Shown: positions 13,168 through 24,779 of the stretch, in pieces
How positions within the stretch are numbered: the stretch's first letter is position 1
Layout of the letters: every line of letters starts with the position of its first letter
Assembly: GCF_020745735.1 (NCBI RefSeq)
Contig: NC_083416.1
Span: forward strand, 51,733,131-51,797,130
Direction: 5' to 3'
DNA: 64,000 nucleotides
DNA from: Hemiscyllium ocellatum
Taxonomy: Eukaryota
Translations under genes and position numbers: made by a program
The notes under the pieces: generated by a model
Told to the model about the DNA's origin: nothing
Seen by the model: only the letters and a program-made list of their open reading frames with translations
The model's database searches: none

Positions 13168-14089
13168 TTTTTTTTCTTTACCAGACCAAAAATTAGACTG
13201 AACCCAAGTGCAGTACACTGACCAGATTGAGATCAACTAAAAATCTATTTATCTGTTGAACTATTCAAGAAAGAATTGAATTTCTGTTATTGCAATCATT
13301 TTGTATTTATTAATTTGCAAATGGTAGATGGATAAATTAAGGAAAATATTGGATGACATATGGTGTTTTTTTTTGCATGCTATGAATGCCACATAAGCTT
13401 CCAAAATCCAAATTGTTTTCAACTCATATCTTATTTTGCTAAACAAGGCGTGTATAGAGCTCATTATGCTTCTCTTTAGATTTTTGGACTTACGTGTAAT
13501 CACCATTGCTACTGCTTTTCTCACAATGCAAAGGCCATAGAGATCAGTTGAAATGATTGCAGCATTCAGAACCGTCAGACCAATCCAGTGCTGACTGAGT
13601 TCACTTGTCAGTTTCTTTCAACCAACACAGTTTCAGGACAGTTAAAAATGGAAAAACATTGGCCATGTCCAACTAGTTACATGTGTTTGGCATATTAAAA
13701 ACAGAATGTAATAGTAGCACCTGCTGCAAGGACTGCAGCAACTTTTGCCTTTCCAGTTGCCAAAAATCCTCTGCAAAGAGTAAAAAATAAACTCCTACAG
13801 GTTTGCATACTAGAAGTGAAAGACAAGTGCAGTCTTCAAATGATGTGGTGTTAAGAATATGGGTAATAATGAGACAAAGGCACACAGACATAGTTCAGTT
13901 CCTAGTTTAAGTTTATGTAATCTTTGTTTTTTATATACTTTGATATTGTTAATTTAAGGGTTAAGTTTCAAAATATCGATTATTTGTAAAACAAGAATGA
14001 TGAGTTGGTTGGACTGAATGAGTTCCTTTCAAATTCAAATTATAAAGGTAGATGTAAAACTGAGATGGTGCAACAATACGAGTTTATAA

Positions 14090-14495
14090 GACATAAACTT
14101 TAGAAGCAGAATTACGCCAATTGGCCCAAGTCTGCTCTGCCATTTGATTTTGGCTGACATGTTTCTCAACCATTAACTGTGCCTCCACAGCTTGCTGCAG
14201 CAAAAAGTCTCTTTGTGCTGAAGATTTCCAAAGCCTTTCCCCATTTAGAAAGTAGTACACATGTCTATTCTTCCTACCAAAGTGCATAACCTAACATGTT
14301 CCTACATTGTGTTCCATGTGCCACTTCTTTGCCCACTCTCCTAGTCTATCCAGGTCCTTCTGGAGTTCCCCCCCACCCTCCCTCAACACTATCTGTCCCT
14401 CCATTTATTTTTGTGTCATCTGCAAACTTGCAACAATGCTCTCAGTTCCTTCCTCCAGATCGTTAATGTATAATGTGAATAGTTGTGGTCCCAAC
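14090..14495 (-). mobile_element. CR1 LINE fragment
   Basis: MHFGRKN motif; gttgcaagtttgcagatgacaca (KFADDT) on the minus strand. Confidence 0.75.
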
Positions 14496-14959
14496 AGAGC
14501 CTTCATTTATGAATCATCTTTAAGTAATCCACAGACACTCACAGAGCCGATACCAAACAAAATGTATCAAGTGAGCCATGTAAGGGTATAGCTCATTAAC
14601 CTTGGTTCGTAAGATTATATGGAGGAGCTTCCATGAGAAAAGGCAGGTAGAGAAGCCAAAAAGTTGGGTGAAGGAATTCCCAAGACGAGAGCCTCAGCAG
14701 TGGAAATCATATCCATCAAAGATAGACTAATGAAAATTGATAATAACTATTAGGCCATAGGTTTGCAGGAATGTAGCGTCTGGGGAGATTATAGACATTA
14801 AATGGAGCATTGCTACAAAGGGATTTGACAAGAGCACACTGATTTTACTAATTCTTTTATTTTAAATTAGATAAGAATTTTAAAAGTTAGGAGTTGCCAG
14901 AGAGGGAGCCAATTCTAGAATCTTACAATATAAATGTGGCCCTAGAAGTTTATAACAGT

Positions 14960-16020
14960 GAAAAGCTTTAAACAGGAGTGTGGTAACATTCAGATATTAT
15001 CCATGAGTTGGTCTGGGACTGAGATATAGATTGGTAAAGCCCCAAAGTGAGTATTGCAGGAATACTGTGAACAGTTTTCAACTCCTTATCTATCAAAAGA
15101 GATATTGCCATTAGAGGTAGGTCAAATGAAGTGCAATCAGCTGATACCAGACAGAGGGTATGTCTCATGAAGAGAGGTTCAGTAGGTTAGGCTGCAGTCA
15201 TTGCAATTTAGAGATGACATTATTAAAACATACAAGGTCCTTCAGTGGACTTGATGGGGTTGATACAAAAAGGCTATTTTCCCTTATGACGGAGTCCAGG
15301 ACAGATTACATAATTTCAGAACAAGAGTTCACACATTTAAGATAGAGATGAGGAGGAAATTCTTCTCTCAAAAGGTAGAGAATCTATGTAATTGTTTGTT
15401 GCAGAGAATTGTCAAGGCAGGGTCATTAAGTATATTCAAGATTGAGATTTTCACTCAATAAGGGAATCAAGGGTTATGGGGAAAAGTGTAGTTGAGGATT
15501 ATCAGATCAGCCATGATCTCATTGAATGGTGGAGCAGATTCACTGAGTAGAATAGCCTATTTTTGCTCCTAAACTTTTCTGGTCTTTCTCGAATGTTAAA
15601 GGAATGATAGAGGTCAAGTAATGCAATGAGACTAGAGAAACTGGTTAGTGTCCTTAGCACAGAAAATATTAAGATGTTTTGCCATGGAGGTGCTCAAAAG
15701 TATGAATGGGTACAATAGAGAAAATAAAGATAAACTGTTTCTAGTGGCAGATGACTCAGTAACCATAGTACACAGATGGAAGCTGATGGCAAAAGTGTCA
15801 AAACTGACATGAAGAAATGTTCCATACGCAGTGAGTTGTGATCTGGAAATGGGCTATCGTAAAGGATGTTGGAAGTAAAGTAACTGAACTTCCAAAAGGA
15901 AATTGGACAATTACTTGGAATGTACAGTACTGGCACAGCAGGATACTGGGATGTGTTAGGTGGTTCAACCAATGAGCCAGCCATCACAACAGACCAAATT
16001 ATTTCCTTATGTACTTAATC
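14960..16020 (+). mobile_element. Two decayed CR1 3' fragments
   Basis: CR1 3' ORF2/UTR-like sequence (gatgaggaggaaatttcttctctca; gatcagccatgatctcattgaatggtggagcag). Confidence 0.65.
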
Positions 16021-17384
16021 ATTCCCTCTTCCTCAGTATGACAGCCCAGAGATCATGCAGTAATTACCACTATCAGGAACAAATCGATATTAGCAGAAAA
16101 AAATCTCCAAATGAAGTTATAATGCTAGCAAAAAGTGCAGAATATCACATCTGAATGAAGAATTGGGAACCCAGTATGCTTTACTGAAGAAGAATCATGC
16201 TGAAAGTTTCTAGTCTGGCTGTTATTTCTTAAATAATGCATGAGGAAATGTACACTTACACTACAAGGAATTTTCAGCTGATAAAGAAGAGTAATTAAAA
16301 TTGGCAGCAGGAATGTGAGATGCAAAAGGTGAGTGAAGAACTATTTTATTTTTTAATCAATAAACCAAATTATTTAAAACAAATTAAAGCTTACAAGATT
16401 CATTGATTCTCAAATTGATTTTAATAGTTAAAAATATTCACTGGAACAATAATTTCCTCCTCAGAAATCAGTATGTCACATTTACACAAATCTAATTATA
16501 ATAGTAGACACAGGAATTTATATTCCGAATGGGGAACAAAACCATATGAAATATGGATGCAGGGAGTAAAGTGACTCAGACTGAAACGATGACAAACACA
16601 GATAGCTCTCAAGTCAAATCATTGTATCAGTACCAGGAACTGAACTTATGACATGTTTAGATAAGGTGGACCAACAAAAATTGTTGATACTATCAGGACC
16701 AGGGATAATGACTTATTATTATAGGTAAGAGAAGATGCAAGGAAGAACTTTTTTTTTGAAAATCAGTGAGCGGTAATGATCTGGAATTGGTACTAAAAGG
16801 ATGTTGAAGTGAAGATGATCAATGATTTCAAAAGAAAATTGAATGGACAGAATGATAAAGCTAAGAAATGGGATTGTTGGATTGATCTACAAAGAGGTTA
16901 ACTGGTCAAATTGCCATAACTCTTCCTCTGCCATAAAGACTGTGACTTGAAAATGGACAATTACTGAGCAAATTAAACCTAATCAGGGAAATATTAAAAT
17001 ATGCTGAAAATACTAAGCAGATCAGGCAGCAGCTATGGAGTGAAACAGTGCAAAGATCTACAGTTTCTGTCAACTTACGCCACCTGAGTTGCTGCGTATT
17101 TCTAGCAGGTTTTGTTGTGTGCCAGATTTCCGATATTGACAGTATTGACGAGGTTCGGGTCTCAGTATATTTACAAATGCAATAATACATTTGCGAATGA
17201 GGTCGACTAGGTGTTTGTGCATCTCCCACACTGCCTCCATCCTAAACTGTAAATATTTTGAATCTATCTCTGGCTAAAGGACAAGGTCACAAGTGTATCC
17301 CACCCACCGACTCACCTTCCCAAATTGTAAGCTGGGTCGCCGATGGAGAGGGAGGGGGAGGGGATTGCTGTCACTGAGCCTTAC

Positions 17385-17640
17385 CTGGCCTCACACTCTG
17401 TGTCTGCATTTGGAGTCTGATCTTGACCAAATCCACCGGGGCACCAATGGCCACCGTGACAAGACCCACCAGGGCGCTGGCAGCCGCCACGTCTGAGAGA
17501 GCGGGGCTTTGGTGGAGGTCCTCCCCGTAGCGATAGCGACAGATGAACCTCTGAGCATTCCCGTACACCCCGAGTGCCACCGAGTTATAGACGGCGATGC
17601 TGGCTAACGGAAAGGACAGCCCTTTGAAGAATCCAGCCAC
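17385..17640 (-). CDS. slc25a48: slc25a48 exon 4 (VAGFFKGLSFPLASIAVYNS...APVDLVKIRLQMQTQSVRP)
   Basis: ccag acceptor, gtaagg donor, 256 nt. Contains second carrier signature PVDLVKIR. Lies within ORF 17371..17640. Confidence 0.96.
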
Positions 17641-17744
17641 CTGGAAGTGGATTCAGTCACAATCAACGACCTTCTATTTACCTCATTTTACTCCCGGAAC
17701 GAGCGGAATATAAATGCAAGTGGACAGCAACAAGCGAGACTCAC

Positions 17745-17816
17745 GTGTTCGTTTTTAAAGATTGTTCGCACACATTGCACCGTGTTGGTATAACCGTGAC
17801 CGGCTTGCAAGCGAGT
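17745..17816 (-). CDS. slc25a48: slc25a48 exon 3 (TRLQAGHGYTNTVQCVRTIFKNEH)
   Basis: acag acceptor, gtgagt donor, 72 nt, phase 0-0, in frame with its neighbours. Confidence 0.95.
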
Positions 17817-17967
17817 CTGTAAAATCAATGAACTTTGCAAAGTCAGGCAGAGAAAACACAAACTCGTTTCGGCGACTTTAGCGGCGAGCGACGCTGTTTA
17901 CAGAATTTTGTATAAACAAGAGAGTTTCCCAATCTGACTGTGACAGGAATTGGAAGTGGAAATTTAC

Positions 17968-18011
17968 CTTCACCGTGTCCAGGGGGTGGCCTACGATCAC
18001 ACTCGCCGCAC
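17968..18011 (-). CDS. slc25a48: slc25a48 exon 2 (GAASVIVGHPLDTVK)
   Basis: tag acceptor, gtaaat donor, 44 nt. Starts the first carrier signature Px[DE]xx[KR]xR (HPLDTVK|TR). Confidence 0.95.
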
Positions 18012-18684
18012 CTACCATGAGGGGGGAAAAAATTGGATTGAGTTACAAAAACAGCGGAATGTTCTTCCCAGATTTACCCCTGCAGCGGACATGGTGAATA
18101 ATAATGCAAAGCGATTTGCCTGCCTGTGGAAATACCATGGGCACCAGTTCCACCTACGACTGGTAGACTGCCACATCTCAGAACAGAAAATAAAAGCAAC
18201 CCGCTGGACAGACTCAGCAGGTCTCCTGGTTTCCAAAGAAATACCATTGGCGGGTGGGGGGAGTGTTTCCCTGTCCATCGATGCAGCCAGACTTGCTGAG
18301 TCTCTCCAGCAGTTTTGGACTGTTTTTTTTCAGGTTTCCAGCATCCACAGTTTTTTTTTGGCTTTTATTTCAGACAGAGCGGGACCTGCGGGGACTTTGA
18401 AGGGTGAGGAATGAAGTTCCCCAGCTGTGTAACTGTACGCTCCTAGCAGTCACCGCTGAAGAAGGAACGCAGTCAATTAAAGGGCTTAAAAGACCCAGCA
18501 CCAACACGAATCCATTCTCTTAAATTAAATTCTTAGACTTTCAACATTAGTTGGCGAAGAATGTGAAATGTCAGAATTGTGAAATTATCACAATGTGGAA
18601 GCTGTTTCAAAGTAAATTGACTTGTAAACAGTGTGATTAAACTGATAGTGATTTGCATTTTATATAATAAATCCATAAACCTAC

Positions 18685-18733
18685 CTCCAATCCATCCAGC
18701 GATGAAATCGTCCAGCTGAACGTTAGTCCCCAT
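18685..18733 (-). CDS. slc25a48: slc25a48 coding exon 1 (MGTNVQLDDFIAGWIG-G)
   Basis: ATG at 18733. Peptide matches the SLC25A48 N-terminus as I recall it (human MGSFQLEDFAAGWIGG). GT donor at 18684-18683; 49 nt, phase 1. Confidence 0.93.
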
Positions 18734-19574
18734 TTAAACGGTGCAGAGTTAGCTCTGTACTCGGTCAGCAACAACCTCCTTCTGGCCTCTGAACAACATG
18801 AGGGAAGTTGGCGGAAACGAGTGGCTCTCTGCGTCTCCTTGACTCCTCCTCCAAGGATTCAGGAATAACAGCAGCATTGCCAGCCTTGGGTGGGCGAGGG
18901 GCGTTGGAAAGGGTGCGCACTTCGGACACCAATTGGAAGTGCTGCTGGAATCCGCAGCACCCCCTCGGCTGCTTCACATATTTGAGAAATGCAAATCGCA
19001 TTCTGTTCACGGACAGCTCAAGTTGTTCTTCTGAGTTTGGCAAGAGACAGAACTCTTCAATTCTACCTCCCCCTCTCCCAACTTATAGTATTCTGAAACC
19101 TAGTTACTCCGGTTATCTGGAGAATGTCCAGGCAGTCACTGTTGGAAGTAAGCGGAGAGTTTACTGTAAACAGATACCCCGATCGAGCGACTAGCTCAGT
19201 CGGAGCTTATGAATGATATTGGAGTCCGCTACTAGTCATGAGTGTAATTCCCCCGCCCACAGCCTTTTCACGAGAAGAGATATGTGTTTTGTCGATTTAG
19301 GGGATAAAAAGAAAATCTCTGGAAAAAAAACACTGAGGTGACATTATTGTCCTTTATGAAAAGAGTCTGGAACTAATTGGTATGTTTCTCATCGCGCGAT
19401 CCAGGAATCTTCATTTCTTAAACAAAATCTCCACACAAAGGTGGCTATGATTGTGACAACTTCCAATGATCTAACGGGTTTTGATCACTGAAAGTGTTCT
19501 TATGCAACTCCAACTGGTGTACGAAAACAATACCGATTGTTGGAATGCTGTCATTAGACCGTATTAGTGAACAG

Positions 19575-22500
19575 AGTCCAGTGCTGGGAAAGCACAGCAA
19601 GACAAACAACATCTGAGGAGCAGGAGAATCGACGTTTCAGGCAGAAGCTATAGAGTCATAGAGATGTACAGCACGAAAATAGACCCTTTGGTCCAACCCG
19701 TCCATGCCGACCAGATATCCCAACCCAATCTAGTCCCACCTGCCAGCACCTGGCCCATATCCTTCCAAACCCTTCCTATTCATATATTCATCCAAATGTC
19801 TTTTAAATATTGCAATTGCACCAGACTCCATCACTTCCTCTGGCAACTCATTCTATACATGTCCCACCCTCTGCGTGAAAAAGTTGTCCCGTAGGTCTGT
19901 TTTATATCTTTCCCTCTCACCATAAACCTATGCCCTGTAGTTCTGGACTCCCCAACCTCAGGGAAAAAGCTTTACCTATTTATCCTATCCATGCCCCTCA
20001 TAATTTGGTAAACCTCTATGAGGTCACCCCTCAGCCTCCGACGTTCCAGGGAAAACAGCCCAAGCCAGATCAGCCTCTCCCTATAGCTCAAATCCTCCAA
20101 CCCTGTCAACATCCTTGTAAATCTTTTCTGAACTATTTCAAGTTTCACAACATCTTTCCGATAGGAAGAAGACCAGAATTGCATGCAATGTTCCAACAGT
20201 GGCCTTACCAATGTCCTGTACAGCCGCAACATGACCTTCCAATTCCTGTACTCAATACTCTGGCCAATAAAGGAAAGCTTACCAAACGCCTTCTTCACCA
20301 TCCTATCTAACTGGGACTCCACTTTCAAGGAGCTATGAACGTGCACTCCAAGGTCTCTTTGTTCAGCAATACTCCCTACGACCTAACCATTAAGTGTATA
20401 AGCCCTGCTAAGATTTGCTTTCCCAAAATGCAGCACCTTACATTTGTCTGAATTAAACTCCATCTGCCACTTCTCAGCCCATTGGCCCATCTGGTCAAGA
20501 TCCTGTTGTAATCTGAGGTAACCTTCTTCGCTGATCACTACACTTCCAATCTTGGTGTCATCTGAAAACTTGCTAACTGTTCACATCCAAATCATTTATA
20601 TAAATGATGAAAAATAGAGGATCCAGCACCGATCCTTGTGGCACTCCACTGGTCACAGGCCTCCAATCTGAAAAACAACCCTCCACCACCACCCTCTGTC
20701 TTCTACCTTTGAACCAGTTCTGTATCCAAATGGCTAGTTCTCTGTGTATTCCATGATCTAACCTTGCTAACCAGTCTCCCATGGGGAACCTTGTTGAATG
20801 CCTTACTGAAATCCATATAGATCATATCTACTGTTCTGCCCTCATCAATCCTCTTTATTACTTCTTCAAAAAACTCAATCAAGTTCGTGAGACATGACCT
20901 CCCACGCACAAAGCCATGTTGACTATCCCTAATCAGTCATTGCCTTTCCAAATACATGTACACCCTATCCCTCAGGATTCGCTCCAACAACCTGCCCACC
21001 ATCGACGTCAGGCTCACCAGTTTATAGTACCCTGGCTTGTCTTTACCACCCTTCTTAAAAACTGGCACCACGTTTGCCAACCTCCAGTCTTCTGGCACCT
21101 CACCTGTGACTATCGATGATACAAATATCTCAGCAAGAAGCCCAGCAATCACTTCTCTAGCTTCCCACAGAGTTCTAGGGTACACCTGATCAGGTCTTGG
21201 GGATTTATCCGCCTTTATCCATATCAAGACATCCAGCACTTCCTCCTCTGTAATATGAACATTTTTCAAGATGTCACCATCAATTTCCCTACATTCTATA
21301 TCTTCCATGTCCTTTTTCACTGTAAATACTAATGCAAAATACTCGTTTAGTATCTCCCCCATTTTCTGCGGCTCCACGCAAAGGCCGTCTTGCTGATCTT
21401 TGAGGAGCCCTATACTCTTCCTAGTCACCCTTTTGTCCTATTTGTGAAAACCCTTTGGATTCTCCATAACTCTATTTGCCAAAGCTATCTCATGTCCCCG
21501 TTTTGCCCTCCTGATTTCCCTCTAAAGTATACACTTCGTGCCTTTATACTCTTCTAAGGATTCACTTGATCTATCCTGTCTATACCTGACATATGCTTCC
21601 TTCTTTTTCTTCAGCAAATTCTCAATTTCTTTAGTCATCCAGCATTCCCTATACCTACCAGCCTTTCCTTTCTCCAACAGGAATATGCTTTCTCTGGATT
21701 CTCGTTTTCTCATTTCTGAAGGCTTCCCATTTTCCAGCCGTTCCTTTACCTGTGAACATTTGCCCCTAATCATCTTTTGAAAGTTCTTGCCTAATACCAT
21801 CAAAATTGGCCTTTCTCCAATTTAGAACTTCAACTTTTAGATCTGGTCTATCCTTTTCCATCACTATTTTAAATCTAATAGAATTATGGTCACTGGTCCC
21901 AAAGTGCTCCCACTGACACCTCAAATACTTGCCCTGCCTTATCTCCCAACCGTAGGTCAAGTTTTGCACCTTCTGTCGTAGGTACATTCACATACTGAAT
22001 CAGAAAATTTTCTTGTACACACTTAACAAATTCCTCTCCATCTAAACCCTTAACACTATGGCAGTCCCAGTCTATGTTTGGAAAGTTAGAATCCCCGTAC
22101 CATAACTACCCTATTATTCTTACAGATAGCTGAGATCTCCTTACAAATTTGTTTCTCAATTTCCTGCTGGCTATTCAGGGGTCTATAATACAATCCCGAT
22201 AAGGTAATCATCCCTTTCTTATTTCTCAGTTCCACCCAAATAACTTCCCTGGATGTATTTCTGGAAATATCCTCCCTAAGTACAGCTGTAATGCTATCGC
22301 TCATCAAAAATGCCACTCCCCCTCCTCTCTTGCCTCCCTTTCTATCCTTCCTGTAGCATTTGTATCCTGGAACATTAAGCTGCCAGTCCTGCCCATCCCA
22401 GAGCCGTGTTTCTGTAATTGCTTTGATATCCCAGTCCCATGTTCCTAACCATGCCCTGCGTTCATCTGCCTTCCCCATTAGGATCCTTGCATTGAAATAA

Positions 22501-23681
22501 ATGCAGTTTAATTTATTAGCCCTACCTTGTCCCTGCCTGCCCTGACTGTTTGACTCACTTCTTTTCTCAACTGTACCTGTTTCCCTGGGTCCCACCACCC
22601 CCCACCTTACTAGTTTAAATCCTCCCGAGCAGCTCTAGCCAATTTCCCTGCCAGTATATTAGTCCCCTTCCAATGTAGATGTAAACTGTCCTTCTTGTAC
22701 AGGTCACTTCTACCCCAAAAGAGATTCCAATGATCTAAAAATGTGAATCCTTCTCCTATACACCGGCTCCTTAGCCATGCATTCATCTGATCCAATCTCC
22801 TATTCCTGCCCTCACTAGCTTGTAGCACCGGGAGTAATTCAGATATTACTACTCTCGAGGACCTCCTTTTTAAATTCCTGCCTAACTTTCTGTAATCTCC
22901 CTTCATAATCTCAACATTCCCTTCCTATGTCATTGGTTCCAATGTGGATAATGACCTCTTGCTGGCCCCTATCCCCCTTGAGAACATTCTGCACTCTCTC
23001 TGAGACATCCTTGATCTTGGCACCAGGGAAGCAACACACCATTCTGATTTTTCGCTGCTGGCCACAGAAACGTCTGTCTGTACCTCGGACTAGAGAGTCC
23101 CATAACACAACTGATCTCTTGGAACCTGATGAACCCCTCATTGCATTAGAGCCAGTCGCAATGCCAGAAACTTGGCTGTTCGTGCTACATTCCCCTGAGA
23201 ATCCATCACGCTCTACATTTTCCAAAACAGCATACTTGTTTGAAATGGGATAACCACAGAAGACTCCTGCATTAACTGCCTACCTCTCTTACCTTTCCTG
23301 GAGTTAACCCATCTATGTGACCGAATCTGCGACTTTTCCCCCTTCCAATAACTGCCATCCATCACATACTGTTGCTGTTGGAAATTCCTCATTGCCTCTA
23401 ACTGTCTCTCCAACTGATCCATTTGATCTGATAGGATTTGCAACCAACAGCATTTATTACAGATATAATCCGCAGTAACCCGTAAGCTCTCCTTAAACTC
23501 CCATATCTGACAAGTGGTGCATATCAAAAGCCCTTCATCAGGAATAAGGCTGTAGCCCCTCTGGCCCACAAGTCTCATTCCTGATGAAGGGCTTATGCCG
23601 AAACATCGATTCTCCTGCTCCTCAGCTGCTGCATGACCTGCTGTGCTTTTCTAGCACCACACTCTCGACTCTCATAGTCTC
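19575..23681. mobile_element. Head-to-head pair of PLE hammerhead modules (about 230 bp without the nested CR1)
   Basis: Minus module 19575-19648 continues at 23532-23545; plus module 23577-23672. 16-bp TSD with 2 mismatches at 19559-19574 and 23682-23697. Confidence 0.85.
19649..23524 (-). mobile_element. Near full-length CR1/HER1 LINE (ORF1 Cys finger + SGNH esterase; ORF2 APE endonuclease + RT), frameshifted
   Basis: CTTCQIWE..ICNKC, DSLVRGTD, IHIGTNDIG (ORF1); CIYFNAR..AITET (APE); [19 protein letters not shown] (RT); ctctatga-repeat tail; 7-bp TSD cagaagc (19642-48) / caaaagc (23525-31). Confidence 0.96.
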
Positions 23682-24084
23682 CCATATTCGTGAACAGGCC
23701 TTTCTGTGCAATGATGCCTTGCTGTGGTGGAAAGGCTCGAATTCTCCACTGATTCCTAGAGTGAAGTCATCAGGAGTTCTCAGCGGATGATGATCAGTTT
23801 GGAAGGGATGGAACCAGACAAAGAGTGATCCAAACCATGTCCTGAACAGCGATTCAGGCAGGGGATATTCATTAGGTATCACCAGCTATGAAAACTGATG
23901 AAGGCTGTAACAGTGGGGAAACCCCTCATTGCAGTAGTTTCCTTGTCACTGAACTGAATCTACCTCCTGCTGATGTGCAACAGCACTTCCATGTTGAGAT
24001 GTCCTGCACAAAGTGTCTCGATTAATAATTCAACATGACCTCCCACATTCTCTCCCTTCTCCCATTCAACAACCACCCCCACAT

Positions 24085-24140
24085 ACATACACACACACAC
24101 ACACACACACCCCCACACACACCGCCACACATACACATAC
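24085..24140. repeat. (AC)n microsatellite, imperfect
   Basis: Directly visible. Confidence 0.95.
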
Positions 24141-24214
24141 CCACAACACAAGCCCTGCAGTGTTTGTCTAAGAGTGAATACAGGATTATGAGATCTGGAA
24201 GTTCCTAGTTTTAG

Positions 24215-24535
24215 TATATGATAAATAGACAAAGTCTCTTCCCTGGGGTCGCGGAGTCCAGAAGTAGTAGTTTAGGGTGAGAAGGGAAAGATATAAAAGG
24301 GACTTAATGGACAACTTTTTCACGCAGAGGGTGGTATGTGTATGGAATGAGCTGCCAGAGGAAGTGGTGAAGGCTGGCACAATTGCAACATTTGAAAGTT
24401 GTCTGGATGGGTATATGGAGGGATATGGGCTGGGTACTGGTAGGTAGGACTAGATTGCGTTGGGATATCTGGTTGGCATGGATGGGTTGGACCATGGGTT
24501 GGTCTTTTTTCATCCTGTTCATCTTTATGACTCTA
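24215..24535 (+). mobile_element. CR1/HER1 3' end fragment
   Basis: Reverse complement of the 19650-20000 region; ends ctttatgactcta. Confidence 0.88.
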
Positions 24536-24610
24536 ACACATCCTGAAATTCTGGGACAAAGAAAAAAGGCCGATCTGAGGGATGCTGTCACTAGCACTGT
24601 CTTCAAGAAA

Positions 24611-24731
24611 AGTGTAGAGATAGTGGTGTTAGACTGGGTGGACAAAGTCGAAAATCACATAACAGTGAGTTATAGTCCAACATGTTTTAAATAAACCTGT
24701 TGTATATAACCCGATGTTGTGTGATTTTTGA
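24611..24731. mobile_element. Miniature fold-back of a second PLE family 3' end
   Basis: aagtcgaaaatcacataac...gttgtgtgatttttgactt imperfect hairpin; direct repeat cttcaagaaa at 24601-10 and 24732-41; homologous to 48553-48601. Confidence 0.7.
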
Positions 24732-24779
24732 CTTCAAGAAAGAAAACAAAGTGAACTGTGGAAATTACTTTTCATCACA

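Larger units (their letters stand above)
17290..19420. promoter_or_regulatory. CpG-rich island/promoter region of slc25a48, with GC box (ccccgccc) near 19250
   Basis: Visibly high CpG density compared with CpG-depleted flanks; spans exons 1-4 and the region upstream of the ATG. TSS not determined. Confidence 0.65.

Noticed and set aside
13676-13790. Cys-rich plus-strand peptide (ECNSSTCCKDCSNFCLSSC) as a cytokine or defensin exon
   Set aside because: Short, with no start or signal peptide, no convincing acceptor tract and no partner exons.
17316-17331. 16-nt micro-exon (cccag|CTTACAATTTGGGAAG|gtgagt) after exon 4
   Set aside because: It would need a ~53-nt intron and would frameshift exon 5. 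Exon 4 already joins exon 5 in frame.
17950-19194. Plus-strand ORFs of 154 and 128 aa near the promoter as a divergent or antisense gene
   Set aside because: No recognisable domain; long ORFs are expected by chance in GC-rich island DNA.
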